A stretch of 64,000 nucleotides of DNA from an uncultured Acidobacteriota bacterium. Lineage in GTDB: Bacteria; Acidobacteriota; Vicinamibacteria; Vicinamibacterales; CAVVIG01. The DNA is taken from assembly GCA_963757655.1 (NCBI GenBank), contig CAVWSQ010000001.1, positions 1,970,996 to 2,034,995 of the forward strand, read 5' to 3'. A program made the translations under genes and the position numbers. This document shows positions 27,380 to 35,208 of the stretch, piece by piece. Each line of letters opens with the position of its first letter. Position 1 is the stretch's first letter. The notes under the pieces were generated by a model, which made no database searches, was not told the origin of the DNA, and saw nothing but the letters and a program-made list of their open reading frames with translations.

Positions 27380-27634
27380 TTAGCCGATGATTTCGTTCAA
27401 TCCGTCGAGCACCCGGGCGAGTTCCTCTTCAGAGGCTCTGGCGAGCCGTTGGCCGAGGCGGTCGACAGACAACGTGCGGATCTGGCTGATCTTGATCCAC
27501 GACGCTTTGCTCAGACCGTCGGCCTGACTTTCCAGAGTGAGAGGAAATCCTGCGCGCGGTTCTTGGCTGGTCATGGCCACCGCGATCACGGTCCCAGACC
27601 GTTCGTTGAAGACATCGTGGCTCAAGACCAACAC
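27380..27634 (-). pseudogene. N-terminally truncated PemK/MazF-family toxin remnant, no antitoxin gene
   Basis: The 84-aa ORF starts (GTG) at VLVLSHDVFNERSGTVIAVAMTSQ, which aligns to about residue 30 of MazF. An in-frame TGA sits 2 codons upstream, preceded by ...CRRP (compare GHRPAVVLS in MazF). No MazE-like ORF in 27635-27764. Confidence 0.6.
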
Positions 27635-27764
27635 CGAGTGTCAACGCAACCTTGGTCTTCGGCATGCCGGTATGATGACTTATCACACCACGGCGCAACG
27701 CTCGAGAATTCTCCCGCGCGGCCAACACCAAAAGGAGGCGCGCCTTCGTGGTCGATGGTGGGCA

Positions 27765-29219
27765 TCAGAACAACGGTCGCCAGGTGTAGAACAGCGCGGC
27801 GCACAGGGCCTGCAGCATCGCGAAGCTGACGATCCAGGCGGTCCGGTGTTGCGGTGAGACTGCCGCTGCCAGCCACACGAACGCAGGGAACAGCACCGAG
27901 GAGAACCGTCCGGCCGAGAGGAATCCGCCAGTGGTGAGCGGCGGCAGGATATTGATCAGGATGAACACGGCGAACGCGATCCCGAAGCGCCGCCACACCG
28001 GCCACACCGACACGATCACGAACAGCGCGCCGAGCACATTGAGCAGGTCGTAGGGCGATTGCGCGACATACTCGTAGAGACCGGCGTGCCCAATGAACGC
28101 GTAGCGGGTGGCGACCAGGCGGGTGAGGCTCGTGTAGTGCCGTCCCCAAGCGGCGTGGCCAGCCGCCCACGCCAATGGATTTCCCGTGAGCCGCCACACG
28201 AACGCCGAGTAGAGCAGCGTTCCCACCGCGCCGGCGCCGGCCGCCGTCAGCGCCGGCATGACCGGCCGCAGCCGGCGCGACACCGCCGACCGCGTCGCCG
28301 ATCCGCCACCCGCAACCGCCGGCGGCAGCCACGGCGCGACCGCCAGCAGCGCGAGTGGCACACTGAGCAGCCCGCCATTGGGACGGGTCAGGCCGATGAC
28401 CAGGCCCCACAGGCCGGCGCGCACGAACTGGCGGCGGCGGAAATGGTGGAAGGCGCCGAGCGCGGCGAGCAGATACAGCGACTCGGTGTAGACGGCACCG
28501 AAGAACAGCGCGAACGGATAGGCCGCGATCAGCCACAGCGCCACCGGCGCGCACTCGTCGCCGATCTCGTCGCGCGCGAACGGGTAGAGGTAGGCCAGCG
28601 CGCAGACAAACGCGGTCAGCGAGACAAGCGTGCCGGCCGCGACGTAGGCGCTCTTCTCGTTGCCGAGCAGCAGCCCGAACACCCGCGTCACCATCGGATA
28701 GGCGGGAAAGAACACGATGTTCTGCTGCGCCGCGGCGCCGGCTTCGGGCACATAGCTGTACCCGGTTTCCGCGATCTGCAGATACCAGCCGGCGTCCCAG
28801 CGCAGCGGCAGGTTCATCAATTCGTTGTCGTAATCACGCCAGGGCGGCGCGCCCGGCGGATAGCCGAACATGACCACGGCGAGGAGCCCGGCGAAGAAGA
28901 TCGCCGGACGCGAGCCCGCGAAGACCGTCGCCGCCGACCGCAGCGCAGCCGACCGCCTCCACCGCCGCAGTTGATGCGCGGCGTGAAAATGGATGGGTTG
29001 ATCGCGGACGAGCAGGTGACGGACGCCGGCCACGGCGAACGCGAGCAGCCACGGACGCGAGAGCGTCGTCAGCGCGAACCGCCACTCGCCGAAACGGAGG
29101 CGGAAGCCGCCCGTTGCCGAGACCGTCAACCCGACAATCACCAGCGCGATCGCGACGAGATCGGCGGCGCGCGCCCACGCCGGCAGCACCGGCACGGCCG
29201 GTTTGACCAGCGTGATCAC
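27765..29219 (-). CDS. polytopic membrane protein, PIG-V/GT-C mannosyltransferase-like
   Basis: Track ORF 27765..29684. Start set at GTG 29219, which overlaps the HupE stop (GTGA). WDAGWYLQIAETGYSY...QNIVFFPAYP motif. About 10 hydrophobic segments. Confidence 0.7.
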   Translation of the reverse strand: MITLVKPAVPVLPAWARAADLVAIALVIVGLTVSATGGFRLRFGEWRFALTTLSRPWLLAFAVAGVRHLLVRDQPIHFHAAHQLRRWRRSAALRSAATVFAGSRPAIFFAGLLAVVMFGYPPGAPPWRDYDNELMNLPLRWDAGWYLQIAETGYSYVPEAGAAAQQNIVFFPAYPMVTRVFGLLLGNEKSAYVAAGTLVSLTAFVCALAYLYPFARDEIGDECAPVALWLIAAYPFALFFGAVYTESLYLLAALGAFHHFRRRQFVRAGLWGLVIGLTRPNGGLLSVPLALLAVAPWLPPAVAGGGSATRSAVSRRLRPVMPALTAAGAGAVGTLLYSAFVWRLTGNPLAWAAGHAAWGRHYTSLTRLVATRYAFIGHAGLYEYVAQSPYDLLNVLGALFVIVSVWPVWRRFGIAFAVFILINILPPLTTGGFLSAGRFSSVLFPAFVWLAAAVSPQHRTAWIVSFAMLQALCAALFYTWRPLF

Positions 29220-30286
29220 AGCGCGATCGCCGTGACGAGCGCGGTCAGGTAGGCCGGCCGCGGCAAGCCGAGATCGCGCAGGACACCGGCGAATCCCATA
29301 CCGTGCAGCAGCCCGAACGAGAACACCAGCGCCAGCCGCCACGGCTTCAACTCCCTGATCACGAGATTCTCGATCGCGACGTAGGCGATCGACAGCGCAA
29401 TCATCGGCTCCACCACCTTGGCCGGCAGCGACACGACCCCGTACATGGTCAGAGCCAGGGTAATCGAGTGGGCGACGGTGAACGTGCTGACCTGGGCGAC
29501 GATCGATCGCCACTTGGAGGTCAGAAGAAAAATGCCGATCACGAACAACACGTGATCGAAACCGTGCGGCAGGATGTGCGTGTAGCCGAGAACGAAGTAT
29601 TGCCAGCCGACCTCGGCCCGGGTCGGAGGCGGCAACGGCGCCGCGAGCGACACCGGCGTGCTCGGTGCGCCACCAACCACCCACTGCGTCTGCACCGGGC
29701 TGTCGCCGATCCGGACGTTCAGCGCATAGGTGCCGAGGGCGAGGCCATAGGTGAAGGCGAAGTCGGCCGCGTCAGCCGGCATCGTTCCGCGCAACCGCAC
29801 CGTCGACGGCGCTTGGGCGAAGTCGTTGAAGGCGGACGAAGGCAGATACTCGAACGTGGACGCCGCCGGCCGCCCGTCGAACGACACCGCCACCCGCTCG
29901 AGAAACACGCCAGAGAGCGCTACGATGCGGCGATCGCGCTCAGCGCGCGGCAGGTCGCGCGAGACCGGTCGCTGACCATAGGCTTCGAGCGTCGGGAGCA
30001 GTGCATCCGGATCGACGACGATGTCGATGTGGTAGGCGGCGGCGCCGAGCGTTGCCTGGACCTGGGTCTTGCCGATCTCGTGCGCGCCGGCCGCGATCGC
30101 GCACAACAGCACCATGGCCAAGACGATGATGGCGATGAAGACGCCTGGCGCGATGGCATGCGCGTCGGCCGCCCGGGTATCCGGCGGATGCTGTGGCGGC
30201 TTGCCCGCGCGTCCACGCGCGGACGCCGGCCGGGGTGGAGGACCCTCGAACAGCGCGGGGATCGAGCGGGCCCCGGAGCGGGTCAT
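29216..30286 (-). CDS. HupE/UreJ family membrane protein with N-terminal extracytoplasmic domain
   Basis: 356-aa ORF. HILPHGFDHVLFVIGIFLL, TVAHSITLAL and FGLLHGMGFAGVL are HupE/UreJ-type motifs. Start overlaps the TPR gene stop (ATGA). Confidence 0.8.
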   Translation of the reverse strand: MTRSGARSIPALFEGPPPRPASARGRAGKPPQHPPDTRAADAHAIAPGVFIAIIVLAMVLLCAIAAGAHEIGKTQVQATLGAAAYHIDIVVDPDALLPTLEAYGQRPVSRDLPRAERDRRIVALSGVFLERVAVSFDGRPAASTFEYLPSSAFNDFAQAPSTVRLRGTMPADAADFAFTYGLALGTYALNVRIGDSPVQTQWVVGGAPSTPVSLAAPLPPPTRAEVGWQYFVLGYTHILPHGFDHVLFVIGIFLLTSKWRSIVAQVSTFTVAHSITLALTMYGVVSLPAKVVEPMIALSIAYVAIENLVIRELKPWRLALVFSFGLLHGMGFAGVLRDLGLPRPAYLTALVTAIAL

Positions 30287-31512
30287 CGCGCCGCCGCTTC
30301 GCCGGCGGCGTGGCCGATCGTCCGCGCGTGGGCGCGGATGTCGGCCTCCTGCGATCCCGTGCGCAGCGCCTGCGTGATGGCGGCGCGGGCATCGCCGACA
30401 CGTCCGGCCTTGAAGTAGGCCCAGGCCAGCGCGTCTTCGGTGAAGATGTCGTGCCGTTCGGCGGACGCCTTTTCGGCGATCGCCACCGCCTCCGGAATCT
30501 TGCGATCGTGATCGGCGAGAAAGCGTGCGAGGTTCTTCGGCTCGGGCGCGTCCACGCGCCAGCCGGCCTCGGCGAGCGCGTACTGCCGATCGGCCTCGTC
30601 GCGCCGCCCCAGCCGCGTCAGCAGATCACCGGTGCGTGCGGCGAGATCCGGCGTCGGCGCGGTCCTCGCCAGCTCCTGCAGCAGCGCAAGTGCGCTGCCC
30701 GGTTCCCCTCGCGCCGCCAGCACACGCGCATATCCCCTCACCGCGAACGGATGACCGGGGAACGCATGTGACGCCGCCACGTACTCCGATTCGGCCTCGT
30801 GCAGCCTGCCGAGGCGCAGGTACAAGTCGCCGACCTGCGCGTGATGCCACGCCAGCGCCTCCGGATCGCTTGGCGGCGTGGCATCGGCAGCCAGCTTCAT
30901 CGACTCGATCGCACCGGCGAGGTTGCCCTGCAGCTCCCGCGCATACGCCACCCGGGCGTACGACGCCGAGCTCGGTCGCAGCGACATCATCGTGTCGAAG
31001 GCGGCAAACGCCTGATCGTACTCGCCGAGCTCCAGATGGCCGTCGCCGATGATGCCGTAGTTGATCGGATCGTAGGGTCGCGCGTCGCGGTTCCTGTCTC
31101 CGACCGCGACCGCTTCGCGAAAGCGATGCTGCGACAGCAACAGGCTGCCGAGCTCGCGGTTCGCATCGTAGTTGGCGGGATCGTTGAGCAGAGCCCGTTC
31201 GAGCGCCGCTTCGGCCTCGATCGCCAAACCGGTGTTCCCGGTGACGCGGGTCTGGCGGACGAGGGCGTCGGCCAGCATCACCGCCGCCCCAACGTCCTCC
31301 GGTCGCGCCAACACCGCGGCTCGCAGCTCGGCGATGCGGCGGCCGAGATCAGCGCGGCTGGTGACGGCGCCCCGCGTGCCCAACGAGGTCGGACGCATCG
31401 ACGCCGCGCGGCTGCGGCGCACGTCGCGCCAGTTGGCGACGCCGACCATCGCCGCCACCGCAGCGATGATCGCCATCGAGACGATCGTGGACGGCGTGAA
31501 GCACCTGCGCAC
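30283..31512 (-). CDS. membrane-anchored tetratricopeptide (TPR) repeat protein
   Basis: 409-aa ORF. N-terminal TM helix (IVSMAIIAAVAAMVGVA) followed by repeated TPR-like A/L/Y/G patterns. Confidence 0.85.
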   Translation of the reverse strand: MRRCFTPSTIVSMAIIAAVAAMVGVANWRDVRRSRAASMRPTSLGTRGAVTSRADLGRRIAELRAAVLARPEDVGAAVMLADALVRQTRVTGNTGLAIEAEAALERALLNDPANYDANRELGSLLLSQHRFREAVAVGDRNRDARPYDPINYGIIGDGHLELGEYDQAFAAFDTMMSLRPSSASYARVAYARELQGNLAGAIESMKLAADATPPSDPEALAWHHAQVGDLYLRLGRLHEAESEYVAASHAFPGHPFAVRGYARVLAARGEPGSALALLQELARTAPTPDLAARTGDLLTRLGRRDEADRQYALAEAGWRVDAPEPKNLARFLADHDRKIPEAVAIAEKASAERHDIFTEDALAWAYFKAGRVGDARAAITQALRTGSQEADIRAHARTIGHAAGEAAAR

Positions 31513-31581
31513 GTTTCTTCTCCACGGGTGTGACCGGTCAGGTCCGCAAGTAGAGTCCGGCTGCCTACACGAAATTAACGG

Positions 31582-32889
31582 CTAATGGCCGCGCGGTGCG
31601 TTCGGGTTGAGCTTCCACGCGTTTCCGCCCGAGTGCGGGAACGCCAGATACGGGAACGTCGCGCGGAACGCGACGTCGTTGCGGTCGACGCCGTCGCCGA
31701 GCGCCGTCCGTACACCGCCCAGCACACCGACCGCCGCCTGCAGCGTGATGTCCACGACGTCGTCGGTCAGACGGCGTCCGTTGGGAAAACCTTGGGTATC
31801 GGCTGCGAGCACGCCGAGACGGGCGGGGGACGCGGTCGGCAGAATGTCGGTGTTCAGCCGCAGCATCTCCGACGCCTTCACGCCGGCGGGCTGGTTCAGG
31901 CCGGGCACGCCGGTCAGGAAGACCTGCACCAGGTCGTTGCGCGGGGTCGCCGGCGCCTGAATGCCGTAGACGAGCTGAAGCAGCTTGGGCACTTCCGGAT
32001 CGGTGACGTAGCTGAGGAACTGACCGTCGGCCGACGGAATGCTGCCGTTCCACTTGTCCTTCTGGCCGACCGGGATGACGACCTCGTTCACCAGCGGCAT
32101 GCCGAGCCGCGACACCTGGACGAAGTTACCGCTCGACGTCTCGCTGCCGGCCGCGCGCGTCGTCGTGGCCGGGCGACTCGCCGTTGACCAGACGCCAACG
32201 ATGGGGCTGCCGGCCTTCAGTGAGTTCTTCGGCACTTGAATCGCAATGCTGTGCACGTTGAAGCCGGCGAGGCTGTCGGTGCCTGCCTCGGAGAGGTTGC
32301 CACCGTAGAGCAGGTCGAACACGCGGAGGTCGAGGAAGAACGGATCGTCGGTCTGTCCGGCAAAGACCCGGCCGACGCCGCCGTCCGCCTGGCGGAATTC
32401 GTAGATGCCGCTGCCGTTGCCGCCGTAGTTGGGCGTCGACGCGGGGCCGACGTTGTCGTACATCGTGCGCATCGGGCCGGCGGTGAAGACAGTGCGGCCG
32501 TTCTCGATCCGCGTCACGGTGTAGGTCTGATACATGTTGCGCGTCGCCGCGTCGAGCGCCGTGATCGGCCCGGTCGCGTAGAGGAACGTGTTCGGATTGG
32601 TCACCTGAGAGGTGAAGCGGAACTGGTAGGTGACGTCTTCGACGCCGTCGCCGTTGTTGTCGATCTTGATCTCGTACAGGACGTTGTCGCCGAACCGGAA
32701 AAAGTTGGGGCCGCCGGCCGGGTCCTCGAACGGGTCGAACGACGCGATCATCGTGACCGTGTCGGGCGCGTCCGGACTGACGAACGCGTACAGGTCCGTG
32801 TTATCCGCCTGCGGATCGTTGCTGATGAGCGGCGCCTCTCGATGGCTGGAAGCCCGCCCGGGCATGATGGCATAGCCCAGCAGCAGCAA
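31582..32889 (-). CDS. DUF4331 domain-containing protein
   Basis: 435-aa ORF with a TTG start (alternative ATG at 32865). SSHREAPLISNDPQADNTDLYAFVSPD and YEIKIDNNGDGVEDVTYQFRF are characteristic DUF4331 strings. Confidence 0.85.
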   Translation of the reverse strand: MLLLGYAIMPGRASSHREAPLISNDPQADNTDLYAFVSPDAPDTVTMIASFDPFEDPAGGPNFFRFGDNVLYEIKIDNNGDGVEDVTYQFRFTSQVTNPNTFLYATGPITALDAATRNMYQTYTVTRIENGRTVFTAGPMRTMYDNVGPASTPNYGGNGSGIYEFRQADGGVGRVFAGQTDDPFFLDLRVFDLLYGGNLSEAGTDSLAGFNVHSIAIQVPKNSLKAGSPIVGVWSTASRPATTTRAAGSETSSGNFVQVSRLGMPLVNEVVIPVGQKDKWNGSIPSADGQFLSYVTDPEVPKLLQLVYGIQAPATPRNDLVQVFLTGVPGLNQPAGVKASEMLRLNTDILPTASPARLGVLAADTQGFPNGRRLTDDVVDITLQAAVGVLGGVRTALGDGVDRNDVAFRATFPYLAFPHSGGNAWKLNPNAPRGH

Positions 32890-32929
32890 CTACTAACGTG
32901 ACGAAATACAACGGTCGTCGCACGAAACA

Positions 32930-32960
32930 CCTCCGTCCCATCTACGGCGCGGGACGGAGG
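32930..32960 (-). terminator. intrinsic-terminator-like hairpin after the Ig-repeat lipoprotein gene
   Basis: CCTCCGTCCC-(11 nt)-GGGACGGAGG, a perfect 10-bp stem 25 nt past the stop at 32985, followed on the minus strand by TGTTTCGT. Confidence 0.5.
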
Positions 32961-32984
32961 TTGGATGTTGGGTGGCTGCGCCGG

Positions 32985-34031
32985 TCAGAACCCGCAGACG
33001 CTTTGCGGGAACAGCCGCACGATGGAATCGGTCGCCACCGCGCTGACGTTGCCCAGGCTGTCGTGCACCTTGAGCGTCACCGTCATGGTGAACCACTGAT
33101 CGGCCGGCGCCGGCGGCAGCGGCGGGGCCGGAATCAGGCTGCAGTTGACGGCAGGCATGGACAACACGGGCCCGGTCGTGGTTTGTGAAAACGTGGTCGT
33201 CACCCCGTAGGTCCAATCCCAGGCGACGATCGGGCCGGGCGCGGTCGAGCTGCTGCCGTTGAACGTGCAGTTGATGGTATTGCCAGCGTTGATCAGCGTA
33301 CAGGTTTCGGTTTCGGTGGGCCCGGTGACGCCGAAACTCGCCGTCGCGATGGTCGGCGCGGTCACCGAGACGACTACCGATGCGGAGGTCCCACCGTACG
33401 CTGCCGTGATGGTGCTGGAAATGGTGCCGCCAACAGCTCGCGTGAACGCCGAAAACGCGGCCGTCGTCGCTCCGGCCGGCACCGTGACGGTAGCTGGCAG
33501 CGTGAGTGGATCGCCGCCAGACAGCGACACGCTGGCGCCTCCGGTGGGAGCGGGTCCCGACAACACGATGGTGCCGTTGACAGAGCTGCCGCCGACGACG
33601 GTGGGGCTGTCCACGGTGATCGACGAAAGCACGGCGCCGGCGGTGACGGTGAGGGCCGGCGACTGGCGGCTGCTGCCATTCATCGATGCGGTGATCGCAG
33701 CCGTGCCCGGCGCTACCGCCGTGATGGTGAACGTCGCGGTTGACGATCCCGCCGCGACGGTCAGCGTCGCCGGCACCGTCGCCACCGCGGCGTTGCTGCT
33801 GGCCAGAGAAATGTTCGCCCCACCGGTTGGCGCGGCCGCGCTGAGCGTGACCGTGCCTTGTCCGCTCGTGCCGGCGGCGACGCTGGTGGCGCCGAGCGTG
33901 ACGGACGACACCGCGCTCGTCGGTGTCGTCGGTGACGTCGCCGATCCGCCACACTGTATGGTGCTGAGCAAGGCGACGGTTGCGCCAAGGAGCCTGATGA
34001 AGACTGCGGCGTGTGTGGTGAGATGCCTCAT
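32985..34031 (-). CDS. lipoprotein with tandem Ig-like repeats and a Cys-containing C-terminal domain
   Basis: Track ORF 32985..34088. Start at ATG 34031 (MRHLTTHAAVFIRLLGATVALLSTIQCGG, lipobox-like). Three repeats of about 70 aa (APTGGA.ISL.S...VPAT.TV.AG..TA.F...). Confidence 0.75.
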   Translation of the reverse strand: MRHLTTHAAVFIRLLGATVALLSTIQCGGSATSPTTPTSAVSSVTLGATSVAAGTSGQGTVTLSAAAPTGGANISLASSNAAVATVPATLTVAAGSSTATFTITAVAPGTAAITASMNGSSRQSPALTVTAGAVLSSITVDSPTVVGGSSVNGTIVLSGPAPTGGASVSLSGGDPLTLPATVTVPAGATTAAFSAFTRAVGGTISSTITAAYGGTSASVVVSVTAPTIATASFGVTGPTETETCTLINAGNTINCTFNGSSSTAPGPIVAWDWTYGVTTTFSQTTTGPVLSMPAVNCSLIPAPPLPPAPADQWFTMTVTLKVHDSLGNVSAVATDSIVRLFPQSVCGF

Positions 34032-34149
34032 GCCGGCTGAGGTATCAACATCAATGCCACGCGATCCTTCCACCGAATCGCGCCGCAAAACAAACTCTAC
34101 CCTGCATCCGCGGTTGAGCTGGGATGCAATGCGAATGGTAAGCGGATGC

Positions 34150-34752
34150 CTACGGCTTCTGTCCCGGCACGGTCGTCTTCTGTCCCTGCAAGGTCATCTT
34201 CACCTGAGTCAGTTCGGCGCGCATCTCGTCCAGCAGACCGCGATCGATGCTGACCCGTTCGGCCTTGCCCTCGACGGCGTCGTCGAGCACTCTCTGGACG
34301 CGGTCGAGCAGCAGAACGGCGGTGCCGCGAGCGGAATCGGCGATCGGCGCGGACGTCGAGGCTGCCGGCGCGGGCTGAACAGCGGGGACGCTCGGTGGCA
34401 TCTGCGGAGTTGCGGGCGAGGGGACCGCAGTCGGCGATTGCGGTTGCGCAACTGCAGGCATCTGGGTCGGCGCCGTTGTCGGCATCTGCGGCGGCGCGAC
34501 CGTCGGAGTCTGCGGCGGCACGACCGTCGGAGTCGGCGGCGTGGCTGTGGTGGGTGTCTGCGGCGGCAGAGGCGCGGGCGGTTGCGGTTGTGCGACCGCA
34601 GGTGTCTGCTGTGCCACCGTCGGAATCTGCGGCGCCGGCTGAGTGACTGCGGGTGGCTGCACCGCGGCAGGTGGCTGGGTTTGCGCCAACAACGGCACCA
34701 CCGAGAATGAAAGCGCCAAAATAGCAATTAGCAACGATTTGGCGGTGAACAT
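34150..34752 (-). CDS. exported proline/glutamine-rich repeat protein with helical C-terminal domain
   Basis: Track ORF 34150..34851. Start at ATG 34752 (MFTAKSLLIAILALSFSVVPLLAQ), preceded by GGGAGGGAG. About 110 aa of PPQTPT/PQMP repeats, then a charged helical tail. Confidence 0.7.
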   Translation of the reverse strand: MFTAKSLLIAILALSFSVVPLLAQTQPPAAVQPPAVTQPAPQIPTVAQQTPAVAQPQPPAPLPPQTPTTATPPTPTVVPPQTPTVAPPQMPTTAPTQMPAVAQPQSPTAVPSPATPQMPPSVPAVQPAPAASTSAPIADSARGTAVLLLDRVQRVLDDAVEGKAERVSIDRGLLDEMRAELTQVKMTLQGQKTTVPGQKP

Positions 34753-35079
34753 GTTCTCCCTCCCTGGCAACGGCTGGGCAGCTGAATCGACCTGACCCGA
34801 CTGGGAGCAATCATGATGCCGCATCTGCAACGTCTCACAGCCTTCGCACACGTCACGTGCCGCCGCTGTTCACGGAACCGGTTGGGCGATGCACACGGTT
34901 GCTATCTCGACGGCCGCTACCCGATGCTGCTGTCCGTCGTGCAGCAACAATCAAGCGCTCAACCTTCGCATGACCGATTCGGAGATGAGCGACCTGGCGG
35001 ACCTGATCCTCGATCGCCAGGACCAGGAAGCGGAATCGTGCGAATGGATCGTTTCTGGATTCCGATAGCTCTACCGTTT

Positions 35080-35109
35080 TTGCGACCCGCCTGCTGACGC
35101 ATGTAAATT
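35080..35109 (+). promoter_or_regulatory. sigma70-like promoter candidate for the giant-gene operon
   Basis: TTGCGA (35080-35085), an 18-nt spacer, then TAAATT (35104-35109), in the lowest-GC part of the 457-bp intergenic region and about 100 nt upstream of ATG 35209. Overlaps the inverted repeat ATGTAAA (35101-35107) / TTTACAT (35144-35150). Confidence 0.3.
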
Positions 35110-35208
35110 CGCTTCGCGACCTTCATCGCGCGGACAAAAACACTTTACATCTCGCTAGCGGTGATTTAGGTTCCAGGCTCCCGCTCATCACGCCAGCGTG
35201 AGGTACCG

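Noticed and set aside
34813-35097. 94-aa ORF upstream of the giant operon
   Set aside because: The coding signal decays in its second half, where it becomes Pro/Gly/Arg junk. It starts only about 60 nt upstream of the divergent minus-strand gene start (34752), in the shared intergenic region, and no family was recognised. The alternative 59-codon frame is kept only as a low-confidence finding.
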